Below, piece after piece: positions 49,401 to 62,458 of a stretch of 64,000 nt of DNA. Position 1 is the first letter of the stretch; each line of letters starts with the position of its first letter. The DNA is taken from contig CM052818.1 in assembly GCA_028534125.1 (NCBI GenBank), positions 14,510,001-14,574,000 of the forward strand, in the 5' to 3' direction. This stretch comes from Lama glama (taxonomy: Eukaryota). The notes beneath the pieces were generated by a model. It had not been told where the DNA came from. It saw only the letters and a list, made by a program, of their open reading frames with translations, and ran no database searches. The translations under genes and the position numbers were made by a program.

Positions 49401-50999
49401 CCCACATACCCTGAGACCGACACCTGACGATTCCTTGAGTTTTTGTCAAGAGCTGGTGCAGGTTCTCAACCAGCTTACCCACCCCGCCAATCCCCCAGGC
49501 TATGTAGAAATTCTGGAATGGCCACTGGTGAGGAGAAACGAGGGTGTCATCACCATGACCACGAATAGAAATTCTCTTTAGAAAACAGTCTAGAGAAACT
49601 GACTTTCTGCCTGCTCTGTAAGTGCCCACAGCGGCACTGTAAGTCTTCTGAGGAAAGAGGGCCTTTCTCGGTTAGAAAAGCTCTAAGGCTTTCCCCCTAA
49701 AGATCTTACCCTCAATCCCTAAATTTAAAAAAATTAAAAGGTAGTCAAATAGTTTGAATCATGCTTATATCTCAAATCAGTAGACCGGGGGCCTCATGAA
49801 TTTATATTTTCGTGTATATTTTTAAATGAATATTCTAAAAATAAAACTGAATGAAATTGTCCCAGCAAAGTGAAGATGATTCTTCCTTATACGCCTTCAC
49901 CATTAGTTTGAATGGTTGTACCAATGTTTATTTACATTTGATATATATGAAAAAATTGAGGGAGGCAAATAATTTAACATTTTTCTCAGAAGGTTGACCG
50001 ACACAGCCAGGTGAACCCTCTAAGGCAGGTAGAGTTCTTTGTTCACTGTTTGTACATGGCAGGCACTTAAAAGGTGCTCAAAAAATGTTTGTTGAATTGA
50101 ATTTGAACAGAATCAACATGCGGCTGTCCTTATTAGGTAATGCTGTAAATACACTTGTAATAGAAGTTGTTTCCCTTTCACTTATTTTGTGCCAGGGCCC
50201 CCAGTGCCTCCCCACCCACAGTGTTAATGAAATACCAAAAACAAAAAAACAATGAACAATGGCAATACTGGGAAATACCTGTTTAAATTCTTCCAATTTT
50301 ACTCTGAAGTGGTGACTCTTAACTGCTTCCTTCATCATAGATAACAGTACTGAATAAATCTTCATATGATGGATGAGTCACCACCTCCCCTACCTCATTC
50401 CACTCCCACTTACTTTTTAAATTTTCCCTTCAGAAAGGGAAGCCACACACAACTTTAGTAAGGTACTCCAGTAAAGTGACAGTTAAGTATTCCAAAAATG
50501 TGAAAGATAAGGACTCAGAGTTTCACCATAACTACCTGACTAGAAATTTCAAATTCTTACCCTTTGGTGGAAACAGCAGTATCACCCAGGAAAGCCCAGT
50601 GTACCACTGACCAAGAAAAAGTAACAGCTGGAAAAAAAGACGGTCTAAAGCTGAAGAGATTACTGGAGAAGACACATATCCCTGTGGAAGGCAAGAACCC
50701 AAAAAAAGATAAAGAGCCTTAGGCAGTAATGATGGTAACTCAACAGGATTATTCTCAAATATCTCAGAAGCAGCTTTGCTAAAGTTTATCCTTGCATTAG
50801 AATCAAGGTTCATTTAAAGGAACCCAAAACCCCTTGGTTTCCTCTCTGTAACATTCTGCTCTCCATTTTAAAAGCCCTGTGAGTATATACAGCTTTGTCT
50901 CCCATAGAAATAGTACTTTTTTACAAAATTTTTGCAGATGTAAATGGTTATTTTAACTTTCCATTCAAAATGTAGGGGAAAATCTTGTCAACATATATA

Positions 51000-51290
51000 T
51001 TAGTTGCTACAGACTAGGTTAGGATGTTATAACACCCAGTTCCCAAATGTCAGTATAATATGCAAGTTCCAGATCAACAAAAACTAATTTATTGCTTATG
51101 CAAAGTCAACTGTGGTTCCTAGAAACTCTTTGGGGAAGCTGACTTCCCAGTGTCATCTTAGTATTTTAGAATACTTTAATATTATGGTACCTCCGTGTCG
51201 ATGGGTACTTCCACAATATCCATTGCAAGAGAAGAATGTGATGGAGGGTTAAGTACCAGTAACTAAATACTTCTGCCCAGAAATGACACA
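51000..51290 (-). mobile_element. MaLR LTR fragment (MLT1K/L-like)
   Basis: ctaggtta...taaca...cccaaat, atttatt, ttctgcccagaaatgacaca. Confidence 0.55.
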
Positions 51291-51294
51291 ATGG

Positions 51295-51810
51295 CCATCA
51301 TCCATGTTGCTGCAAATGATATTATTTCCTTCTTTTTATGGCTAAGTAGTATTCCATATATATATATGCAAACCAGTTATCTGTTGATGGACATTTAGGT
51401 TGTTTCCATGTCTTGGCTATTGTAAATAGTGCTGCTATGAACATTGGGGTGTATATGTCTTTTCAAATTATAGTTTTTTTCTGGATATATTCCCAGGAGT
51501 GGGATTGCTGGATCATATGGTAACTCTATTTTATTTTTTTTAAGGAACCTCTATACTGTCCTCCACAGTGACTGCTCCAATTTAGATTCTCACCAACAGT
51601 GTAGGAGGGTTCTATTTTCTCCACATCCTCTCCAGCATTTATTATTTGTAGACTTTTTAGTGATGGCTATTGTGACTGGTGTGAGGTGATATCTCATTGT
51701 AATTCTGATTTGCATTTCTCTAACAATGAGCAATACTGAGCATCTTTTCATTTGCCTGTTGGCCATCTGGATGTCTTCTTTAGAGAAATATCTATTTAGG
51801 TCTTTATTTT
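51295..51810 (-). mobile_element. L1 fragment (ORF2 3' end region)
   Basis: Well-preserved antisense L1: ggacatttaggttgtttccatgtcttggctattgtaaatagtgctgc, caccaacagtgtaggagggtt, gatttgcatttctctaa. Confidence 0.92.
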
Positions 51811-51829
51811 ATTTTTCTTTCAAAATGTG

Positions 51830-53270
51830 CTTCAGTGACCAGGCAATGAATTATTAGATAAGATACCAAAAGCATATGAAACAACAACAAAAATAGACAA
51901 ATTGGACTTCATCAAAATTTAAAACTTTTGTGCATCAAAGGCCATTATCAAGAAAGTGAAAAGACAATCTACAGAATAGGAGAAAATATATGCAAATCAT
52001 ACATCTGATAAGGGTCTAATATCCGGATTATGTAAGGTACACTTACGACTCAACAACAAAAAGACAAACAACCGAATTCAAAAATGGGCAAAGGAGTTGA
52101 ACAGAATTTTCTCCAAAGAAGATATAGAAATGGTCAATAAGCAAGTGAAAATATGTTCAATATCATTAGTCATTAGGGAAATGCAACCCACTAGGATAGC
52201 TTTAATTAAAAAAAAAAAACAAAAAAACAGAAGAGATCAAATTTGTGGTTACCAGAGGTGTCAGGTGTTGGGGGTAGGGGGATTGGATGAAGGTAGTTAA
52301 AAGGTACAAACTTCCAGTTATAAACAGATACTAGGGATGTAATATACAACATGATGCCAGTAGTTAACACTGCCTTATGATATATATGAAATTTGTTAAG
52401 AGAGTAAATCCTAAAATTCTCATCATAAGGAAAAAAATTTGTTTTCTTTTTCCTTTATTTTGTGTCTATAGGAGATAGATGTTAACTTATTGTTGTAATT
52501 ATTTCACAATATATGTAAGTCAAATCATTATGCTGTACACCTTAAACTTATACAGTGCTATATGTCAATTATATTTCAATAAAAATGGTGGAGAGGATGG
52601 AAAATAACTAGTGTTGGCAAGAATGTGGAGGAATTGAAATCCTCGTGCATCGTTGATGGGAACAGTGCCACTGCGGTGGAAAACAGCCGTGCAGTCCTTC
52701 TAAATGTTAAACATAGAACGACCACAGGATGCAGCAATTCTTCTCCTAGCTGTATTCCCAAAAACATTGAAAACAGGTACTCAAACACTTGTACACAAAT
52801 AGAAACACTATTCACAAGATCCAAAAAGGTGGATACAACTCAAACGTCCATCAACGGATGAATAGATAAACAAAATGTGGTATATGCATACAGTGGAATA
52901 CTGTTCAGCCATGAAAGAAATGAAGTACTGCCATGTGCTACAATGTGTCGGTACACTTAGCATAGTGTGAAAAAAGCCAGACACGAAAGTAGTGTATTAT
53001 ATGATTCCATTTATATGAAATATCCAGAATAGATAAATCGATAGAGATAGAATACAGATTGGTGGTTGCCAGGGGCTGCAGGGAGAGCGCAAGTGAGGAT
53101 GGGGTATAATTGCTTATTGGGTATGGGATTTATTTTAGAGCAATGAAAATGTTTTAGCACTATATAGAGGCAGTAGTTGCATAACATAGCGAATATAGTA
53201 AGTACCACTGAAATGTTTGCTTTGAAATGTCTAAGTTAATGTTATATAAATTTCATCTCAATTTAAAAAA
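51830..53270 (+). mobile_element. L1MB-like 3' 1.4 kb, interrupted by another L1 3' end (~52232-52600)
   Basis: ttggacttcatcaaaatt, gaagatatagaaatgg, caaaatgtggtatat, tgattccatttatatgaaatatccagaatag; insert ends tgtacaccttaaacttatacagtg...caataaaa. Confidence 0.9.
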
Positions 53271-53661
53271 TGTAATTCAAAAGTAAAATTTTTTTATTAG
53301 TTCCCCATTTAACATCATTTTTCCATAACCAACCAACCACTTGTCACATCAGGTAAATGGGCTTCTGCACGTTCTTTAAAACCTTCCTACGTGCTCCTCT
53401 TGAGAAAGGGATTTTCACAATTTACCTCGCAGATACAAGTTAATTACTACACTTGCATGTTTTCAGGCAGCTTGATTCTAATTATCCCACTACAGAAATA
53501 TAAAAGTGATTCTGAGTCCTTATGGTTGGAATCAAACTAGATATTTTAACAAAGAATTTTCTGGAGTCTCCCTTTGGCAAGTAGCAGCTGAGGATGGAGA
53601 GGGGAAAAGCTCAGAGCGTGATGACTGCATACAGCACTGCACTGTTCTTCATCTTCTCCGC

Positions 53662-54070
53662 CTGCACTGCCCAGTACAGGAGCCACTAACCATGTGTGGC
53701 TCGTGAGCACTTGAAATGTGGCTGGAGTGACAATGTTTAAATTTAAACATTGATTCTTGGTCATTATTAGACAACTTTTAAGTAAGTTTAGATAACGTGG
53801 GTATTTGAATCTACTTGTTCTAACTGTAAATCTTATGAAATCTACATACACACCAAATTCAAAGACTTAGTAAAAACAAAGATTATGAAATATCTCAGTT
53901 TTTAAAATATCAATTATATGTTGCAATGATACTATCTTGGATATAATGGATTAAATAAAACATTTAAAATTAATTTCATCATTTATTTTAAATGTTTTTC
54001 AAATATAACTGTTGCAAAATTTTAAAATTACATATGTGGCTCACATTATATTTCTCTTGGACAACTCTGT
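53662..54070 (-). mobile_element. Charlie1-derived (MER33/MER3-like) DNA transposon
   Basis: ctgcactgccca...gagcacttgaaatgtggct...aattacatatgtggctcacattatatttctcttggaca. Confidence 0.8.
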
Positions 54071-55029
54071 TCCAGACATTGTCAATGGGGACCTCAGTAA
54101 CTGGCATCCTGACTATTTAGGCTTGGGAAAACTGAAGAAAAGAGACTAGAATTTGGAATATGCCACAAAGCAAGAACTCCAAAATGGGGTGGTTTCCAAC
54201 TCCCAGGCTTCCCGTAACGTCTCCATCACGATGGCTTCGGTATCTGTGGCAGCAAGCCATGAGGCTTTTTGAGAGCAGAAGGCAGGCATGGCTGATGTTT
54301 TCATGACTGATGCCATTCTTTTGGAAGTCCAGTAACAACCTTCGCAATGACATCGTGCCTTTGCCTCAAGAGGAACCACCCACCTACCCCACTTTGACAT
54401 AGTTTGCCAGCCTATGTAAAGGATTCCAGAAGTGGGCTAGATTCATGCCTAGAATTCATTCAAGAAATTGCAGAAATTCATAGGCTGATGGGTGAGGAAC
54501 AAAGAGAAACAGAGAGAAAAACCGCTTCCTCGCAGAGATCAGGGAAGTTTAACATGTAGCTGGTCTGAGCAGAAACTCAAAGTGGATCGAGTGACTGGCC
54601 CTTGCCTCCTCATGGTACTTGCAGCGTTGCGGTACCCTCACTTCCCATCCTCCGCCCTCAGGTGCTGGGCGGGCGGGGATGTGCGGTCACAGCACAAATG
54701 CTCCATCTCTTTCTCAGAGGATGACGAAAATCACTAAACCTATCTAAACATCTGCCCCGGAGGCGATGAAATTCTGTCCTTGCTTGCTTCTCACGGTTTG
54801 CAGGCTGGTCTCTTCTCTTGGGTTCTTTCTTTTACACACAAGTCACAGTTAAAATTGAAGCAAGAGTTCAATTTTAATGATAAACCTTAAAGACTGAAAT
54901 TGGGGCCCTTGAAGAATCACAAAAATAAGGAAATATTTGCTAAATTTCAGTTAATAAGTATTTTCCCCAAATGAGAAACAAGATACCATAATTTTTGTTA
55001 TTGTTTTAACTTTATTTTTGCTATATATG

Positions 55030-55215
55030 TACACAGGCACTCTGCTAAGTACTCTACACATACTTATTTAATCCTCATAACTAAGCTATGCAATGTGTAC
55101 TATAATTATTGCCATTTTATCCATGAGGAAACTGAGGCACAAAGAAGTTGGGGTAGTTTCCTGAGGTCTTAGAGCTACCATGTGATGAAAACACAGTTCA
55201 AACCCAGATCCCTCC
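55030..55215 (-). mobile_element. MIR SINE
   Basis: atttaatcctcataac...atgaggaaactgaggcaca...ttcaaacccag. Confidence 0.85.
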
Positions 55216-56499
55216 GACACCAAACCTGTTTCCAAAAGTCTGAAGAGGGAAATGGGATCTTACTCCTTTCACTACAAGCTTTAAAAGCAAACATAATGGC
55301 ACGAGATATGTGGTCAAAGGCATTCTTCTTTGTTTTAACTGACATAGAGTTAATGAAACTTTAAAAAGATATTTTTTAGATGCGTCTGTTTGAAAAAATG
55401 TTAAGCACCTGGACTCTTACGTGCTTATGTTTCAAAGGTCACCACCCAACTTGAAAGTCATCTGTTCCTTAACAAGTGCGGCCAATATGGAAAAAGAAGG
55501 AAAAAAAAAACTTTGAACAGAAACCCCCCCTGTGTTTGGTGAACAGAGCACTATTGTTGTTTGTTTTTGGAAGGGGACAGGAGATGGGGGTAGAGGTGGG
55601 AGTGTTTGCTTTTATGAGGTCTGTCTGCTTTGAAGAGATTTTCTGAGGCCTTCCCAGGAGCAGGCGTGCTGGGGTCTGATACAATGCGTGCTGGGGAAGT
55701 CGGGGCCTGTCTCAGCTGCAAGTGATTTACACTCCCAGGATTCTCTCCAAAGAGGACCTTTGAACAAAGCAAGCTGAGAAAATCATATATTGGATTTCCA
55801 ATTGCTATGGGACTCTGGTAGGAACAAAAATATTTGTAGGTCTAAGTTTCTTAAGGCAGTAGGCTAACTGAATTTGAGAAGAACTGGGGATTTTACCCAT
55901 TTCGTGGGAAGATTTATGCTATCTGAGGGGTAGATTCTCTGGGAGGCTGGACCAGTTATCCAAAAGCATGTTTTGAATTATGTCTTAGCTGTTGGAGTAT
56001 AGGCACTACCGTCTCCCATCCACAGGAGAAGAATCGGAGCCTCCTCCAGCCATTCCTCTGTTAATTTGCCCTCCAAGAGGATCTGAGAATTTACTAGGCT
56101 GCCCCGGCCTCCTCCTCAACTGAATTCTCCCAGATCCTCCAGACAGAATAGGGAAGCTAATACTGTAGCCGTGGGCTACACACAATCACCGTGGGTTACA
56201 TCCCAGATGGTTGGAGGCCTCTGGTTTCTGAGCATCTGCATGAACTGGAGAATCAGTGCAGCTGGCCTGAGAAGAAAACTCCAGGAATGTCTCGACTGAA
56301 TGTCTCCCCTTTCCAGTGATAAGTTTGCCACAGGGATTCATACCCCAGCACAAAGCTGCAGCAATAAATTAGTAAATCATTCCTTAGTTCTTCCCTAGCC
56401 CCGCTGAAAACTGAAAATCAACAAGTAAGTTAAACTTCTGTTTTTGTTAAAAATACTCACTGTCACAATCAGGCATTTCTCTTTTCACTTTAGCTTTTT

Positions 56500-56925
56500 C
56501 TTTGCTTTGGCCTTACATTTACATTCTTAAATAATCAAAATGGCATTAAAAGGTATGAAATTCTCACTCTCACCCTGTCCCCACTCACCTCATGGCCCCA
56601 TCTCCATTCCCCATAGGTAACCACTTTTAAAATTTCTATGTACTCTAACAGGGCACCTGCCCAGTATCTCTTTAGGCATGTATAAACAAAATCAAATATA
56701 GATTATTACTTCTGTCCCTTTATGATATAACAGGTAGCATACTACAAAACATTCTATACTTTACCTTTTTTCACTTAATGCATCCTAGAGACCTTTCCTG
56801 CTCAGCACATGGTAAGCTTCCTTACTCTTTGTTGTTGTTGTTACAGCTACATAGTATTCCATGATATACCATCCTCTATTTATTTGAATTGTTCAGTCTT
56901 TCGCTTTTAAAAACAGTGCAATCAA
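56500..56925 (-). mobile_element. L1ME-like fragment
   Basis: aggtaaccactttt, ggtagcatacta, tttttcacttaat, acatagtattccat. Confidence 0.65.
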
Positions 56926-57289
56926 AGGTTTCTGAACAGATATTTCTGGATCAAACTTGGTTCCTTCCAGTCACTTAAAATCCCACAGGCATGCATATGG
57001 CGGCCCAAGGTGTGTACACTAGGCTTACAGAAGGGTAGAGATAGAAGAGGCTTCAGAGCTTGTCTAATCCAACGCATTGTTTTAAGAAAGAGGAAACCAA
57101 AGCTCCATGAAGTGACTTGCCCAAGATTACAGAGTGGTTGGCCTGGGACCAGAGCCCTGTTTTCCTGGTTCTCAGCCTAAAGCTATCCCTGCTAGATCAC
57201 ACTGCTGGGTGCTGAGTGTGTGTGTATGTGTGTGTGTGTATATTGGCTCAAAACTCATCGGATACAAAGTTGAACATGGTAAGAGCCCA

Positions 57290-57540
57290 GAAAGAGCTAC
57301 AAAGCCCTGAGGGGATTCCTTTGAGGAGGAAGACATCAGGACAGGGGAAATCTGGACAGGCTTCTTCAAGCAGGTAGCATTCATGGTTGGGCCTGGATGA
57401 ATGGATAGTACTTTATAGGCAGGACAGGTGGAGTAGGACATTCCAGGTGAAGAGCAAAGACATGGACATGGACATGGGAAAGCATCAGGTATCTTTGGGT
57501 AACCAAGAACCCAGTGTGTCTGGAGCATAGTGTGTGATTA
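57290..57540 (-). mobile_element. L2 fragment
   Basis: gggaaatctggacaggcttc, gggcctggatgaatggatag, gacattccagg, cagtgtgtctggagcatag. Confidence 0.7.
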
Positions 57541-57630
57541 GAAAATAAAACTACTAGTAGCTTTAATGAGATTATGAAGCGCTTATCTTATGCCAGGTGG
57601 GCATATTCTGAGTGTGTTATCAATATTAAC

Positions 57631-57783
57631 TTTTTTTCCCTTTTTGGGGCGGGGTGAAGGTAATTAGGGTTTTCTTTTTAAATTTACTTATCTATCTATG
57701 TTTTAATGGCGGTACTGGGGATTGAACCCAGGACCTTGTGCATGCTAAGTACATGCTCTACCACTGAGCTATACCCTCCCCCC
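57631..57783 (-). mobile_element. tRNA-derived SINE (camelid Vic-1-like) inserted in a MIR
   Basis: Minus strand ggggagggtatagctcagtggtagagc...ggtcctgggttcaatccccag with pol III A and B boxes and an A-rich tail; TSD aatattaac at 57622-57630 and 57784-57792. Confidence 0.9.
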
Positions 57784-58054
57784 AATATTAACCTTTAATC
57801 TTCACAACTGTATGAAACAGTTACCATTATTAGCCCCATTTTATAGGCACTCAGTGCCTGAGTGTCCGTAACTGGATTTAAGTCACAAGTCACACAGTTT
57901 ATATTCTCGAGAGTCTGGCTCTACAACAGTGTTAACACTTCGTGTTCCTGGGAGATGGGACTGGAAAAAGAAAGTGGTCGTGATAGAGAGGATATTGGAG
58001 CTTATGTTGAGACACAGAAAGACTGATACCACCATGGACTGCCTAGGGAAGGAG

Positions 58055-58215
58055 GCAAATATTTATTGAGCGTATACTATGCTTTCAAAAGATCATGAGA
58101 GATAGATATTATTTTCCACATATTGCAGATGAGGAAACTAGGGCTGTCAGAAAGTAAGTAACTTGCCCAGATTCTCAAAGCTATCAAGTGGCAAAAAAGC
58201 CTTTGAGGTCCTCAT
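58055..58215 (-). mobile_element. MIR SINE
   Basis: atttattgagcg...gcagatgaggaaact...taagtaacttgccca. Confidence 0.8.
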
Positions 58216-61200
58216 GTTTAAGTGAAAGCTAGTGGTCTTGCTTATCCACAGGTAGCCCACAGAATGCTGGTGCGTGGCCTAGAGGGGAAACGGGGTTCTG
58301 TGGTCAGCCTAGCTTGGGAAATGCTAAGTAATCAAAAATAGACCTTGATGTAATTGCGTATTTTCCCAGACTTTAATAGACCACCGTGCTTCATAAAATA
58401 GATGTCGCATCTCCCATGTCCAAAGCTGATTTTACCACAATCCCCTCCTCTTCCAATACTCTCAAGCCCTTTGTTCAAGTCACGTTCAGTGGAAACAGTG
58501 CTGGGAGGGGAACTGTTTGGGAAAACCTACACAGACCACACTGGAGAAAAGAAGGAAAGGTGTGTTTCCTGATCACCTGGGTGTGTGGCCTCCCTTACAG
58601 ATACATAATGCTAAAACACAAAGGGCGCCTGCATCTCACTTCCCGAGAACTGCACAGAAAAGAAGTTATCTAAATCTCCAGAAAACCGGTGTGTTTTGTT
58701 TTTTGTGGGTTTTTTTTCCTTTGTCTTCGTTTAATTGTTTTAGGGATCAAAATGGAAAAACCTGATTTGATTTCTATGGTAGAAATTTCCCAATTCCTCG
58801 TCTGGTTCTTTCATACCCTAAGGTAAAGATGTCGGGATATCAGAAACCAAACATCAGATGTAGGCCCTGCTTGACTGGGTTATGCCTGCGAACTTAATTT
58901 CTAATCAGCTGGTGGTTTAATATATAACCCAATGTTGCTATCATTATCACTATAAAAGAGAGTATGTCCAAAAGGAATACCTTCACCCTCTCCCTTCTGA
59001 CAATCCTCATGAAATGTAAAACTTATACACAGTGTAACTGAACCAAGTAAAACCTTAGGCATTAAGAAAGGATTCTGTAAATCTTAAACACTGTGTGAAA
59101 ATAATACTCTTTGGCTACAAATTCTACCTGTCAAAGGACATTTTTGTAGGCAGCTTTTTATTGCATTTGGTGAGTTGGATGGGCTTCCTTTTCCATTCTA
59201 GTGGTATTTTAAGAATTTTTAGGAGGATTATTGGAATGGCCAGAAATGCCATTGGTGTTGGTTTTACTACCCAATAAGATGACCTAACTGTAAGAATGAG
59301 AGGCTACTTAATAATGCTCATTCTTATTTAGAGAGCCAGGGTATGGGTGAAGGCTCCAGATTTTTGCAAAAACTTGTAGAGTTACTTGCAGTAGTTTTAT
59401 TTCATGGTTTGGGGGCTGTTTGATAGTGATCTCTTCAGATAAAGACAGAATTGACTGTTGAGTGTTTTCCCTAAGAAAATTTCTGTAACGAGTAGCTTGT
59501 TGCTGCAGCAGCTGTGGCTAAAATGTAAGTTTAATTCCTCAAGGCTGTGAATGAAGTCCAGGCTCCCTTTTTTACCAACTGCATCATGACTGGATGGTGG
59601 AATATTGAGGATTATCATCAGTTCATTTTTTGTCCTTAGTCTATATGGGAAGAGGACCCCAACGAAAAAATATAAATAAAAAAGGAGTGTTCATTCATAA
59701 TCTTTCTTAGGCAAAGTGAGCAGTATCTAGTGATGCAAATGCTACTGAAGCAGATTGGAAAATAGAACAGTACAGGAAAATTGAGGAGAATGCAAATTAC
59801 AACAAAATACAGATCCACGCCTAACCTAATTAATTCCAATCTAACTATCCTCTTTCTTTTGGACAGCCTATGACATGTACATCTACACTGGAATGTTTCT
59901 CAAGTACAGGCAATCGGGATCCCCAACCAGAGAAACATAGCAGCCTAGGGAAATGGTTCTTACCTTAGGAATCACAGGAATTGGAATTCTGTACAATTCT
60001 GGTGGCTTCTTAGTGATTGAAGCAGGTTGGAATTCTGTGTTCAAGATCTTGGGTGAAAGGAAACTGGAGATGGGCGTCTGAATTGTAACCCTGGAACCAC
60101 CCCTTCCTGTGAGCTCAGACAGATGACTTCATCTCTTGTGCCTGTTTTTGCATCTCCCAATTTCTATTCTCATTCTTTTGCATCCAGAGGTGCATGTCAT
60201 CTGAAGCCTTAGGGGCTTTGCATAAGAACAAACCCAGGTGGGAGAATGAGACAGAGAGACAGGTACCTGGTTCCTAACACTAAGTCTCAGCATAAACTTT
60301 GCACTAGGTTTGATGAACCTGTGGTAATGTATGATGTCTCATGGGCTGCACCATTTCTTACACATTTTCTCCTGGTCCTTGGAAAACTGGTTTCTGTGGA
60401 ACATTCCATGAATGATCATCAGTGTTATATCCTACTAAAATAACTGGGACCTGTTTATAAACCACAGGAAATTATTCTTGCTCAGGACACAGTCTGAATA
60501 AGTAATTTAGAAAATGGAAAACACTGCCTGTCATCCACATGTTTTCTCCATTGACTATTTTCCAAACTGGCCTTGAGCGTTTCTATCACTATACCTTTGC
60601 TCATGCTGGTCTCACAGCCTAGAACACCGTCCCCACTTTTTCACATCCTCTCTTCCCTTAAGGTTCAACTTAAATGCCATTTGAGGGAGATAGAAATTTC
60701 GATACCTTTTTGACATGCTCCTTCATCGCCATAACCCGGGAATCTCTTTTTTCTCCCAATTCTGAGTCACTTTTAGCCCCTGTCACTTAGCACCTAAGTG
60801 CTACCCTACATTGTTCTCCCCTTTTTGCCATTAGATAAAACTGGGATTTCCAGAGAGATTGAAAACTCCTTCAGAAGAGGGTCCTACGTGAATAACCCAG
60901 ATAAGCATCCAACACAGAGCCGAGAACATGGACAATACTTAGTGCTCTTTGTACGAGGTGGTGGTTTTTCAAGTGATTTAAGCCAAATGAAAGAAAATCA
61001 CAGAGATCCAATGTGCAAAACAGATGAAGGCTGACCTACTGTGGTAGAAGTTGGGGTAAAGGTAGGTACACTGCATCCCTTCAGCTGGACTCCCCTCTCT
61101 GCCCTCCTCTGAGCAGCTCTGGAGCGCCGGAGGGTTCATCCTCCTTTTCTCCCCTGTTGGTGCCCTATGATCTCAGGCTTTCATGCTGGGAACCTAGGCT

Positions 61201-62285
61201 TCCCCAGTACCCAAGCTTCCCCATTCTGTTCCCTCCAGATGTAAGCATGAATGTCCCTGAGCTGAACTACTAAAGCTCTTGAATATCTGCTAATGCAACC
61301 CAGCCTCCCCCAAATGAGTGCATTCTTGGAGTTTTCCTATAGAGCGCACCTTGACCTGACCCACGCATCCCCAACCAGTCAGCTGGAGAACTCGGTGTCA
61401 CTGATCACAGGACAGTCCCTGTGACCATATTCCCCCATTCCTACTGCCCCAGCACATTCCCAGAGGAATTCCTGCACGATTGAAATTATGGCGTTCCTTT
61501 CAGATCAAACTTCCTATCAACACAAACACACTCTTCCCCATAAGCAAACATTTCCTTTCTCCATACTCCCAGTTGACTACAAGGAAATAGAGTAAACACA
61601 TTTTCCCGTGGTACTTTTAATGGCACAAGATACTTCCCCTTCAGAGCAGCAGGGACAGAATGAAGAATGGCTGTTCCATCCACCCTTTGACCCTGGCATC
61701 ACTCCAAGCCATCCCACCCCAGCATTGTATGGACTCCTTCAACACTAGCTACCTTGGCTACCTGCTATCCCTGGCTTCATGTTTGCACTCTTGCTCTGGC
61801 CTTGATCTGTCAAACAATTGTTAGAGAAACATGAGTTTGTCCTTGACTTCACATCCTGTGGATCTCCTTGGATGTGAGGATCCAATTTTCACCCCAGACC
61901 CTAACGCAGTCTGGTGTTCTTACCTGTTGTCCACTGACCAGTGGCTCTTCCAGGTCCACCTGATCCTGCTTTCAAGACACCAGACCCTGCACAAATAGTG
62001 AGCCACACATGCCAGCTGAATCTAGGACTGTTTTCAAGAGACCCTCTTGCCTGGCTCTAAATTGTCTGTCCTACTAGCCCATTTCCATTTAGGTCCAAAG
62101 CCTTGACTTAGCAACTCCAACCTCAGTAGCCTCCTGACTTGACATGGTACACATTCTTCCAGCCATTTGACTTGCGCTTACCTCCACAAATGTCAGCCTG
62201 GCTCACCTTTGTGCTTCCAGTGCCCTCCAGAACCTTTTGCCTGATCCCCAGTACCTGCCCCACTACAAGAAGTCACACTCTCTGA

Positions 62286-62405
62286 GGAGAGGGTATAGTT
62301 CAGTGGTAGTGTGTGTGCCTAGCATGTATGAGGTCCTGGGTTCAATCCCCAGCACCTCCATATAAATAAATAGAGCCTAATTTACCTCCCCCACCACACA
62401 CAAAA
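62286..62405 (+). mobile_element. tRNA-derived SINE (same family as 57631-57783)
   Basis: gagggtatagttcagtggtag...gaggtcctgggttcaatccccagcacctcca...cctaatttacctcccc. Confidence 0.88.
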
Positions 62406-62458
62406 GTATACAGTGCTGTATGTCAACTGTATCTCAATAAAACTGGAAGGAAAAAAAA
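62406..62458 (+). mobile_element. Extreme 3' end of an L1
   Basis: tatacagtgctgtatgtcaactgtatctcaataaaactggaagg-A8; close match to the L1 terminus at ~52548-52590. Confidence 0.8.

Noticed and set aside
23021..56202. Scattered 9-20-bp tandem micro-duplications (e.g. 23021, 25992-26019, 26507, 39576, 40565, 44847, 56169)
   Set aside because: Ordinary replication-slippage products with no shared unit or spacing.
57715..57783. tRNA gene (also 62286-62360)
   Set aside because: A/B boxes belong to SINE heads with A-rich tails and TSDs; no convincing cloverleaf.
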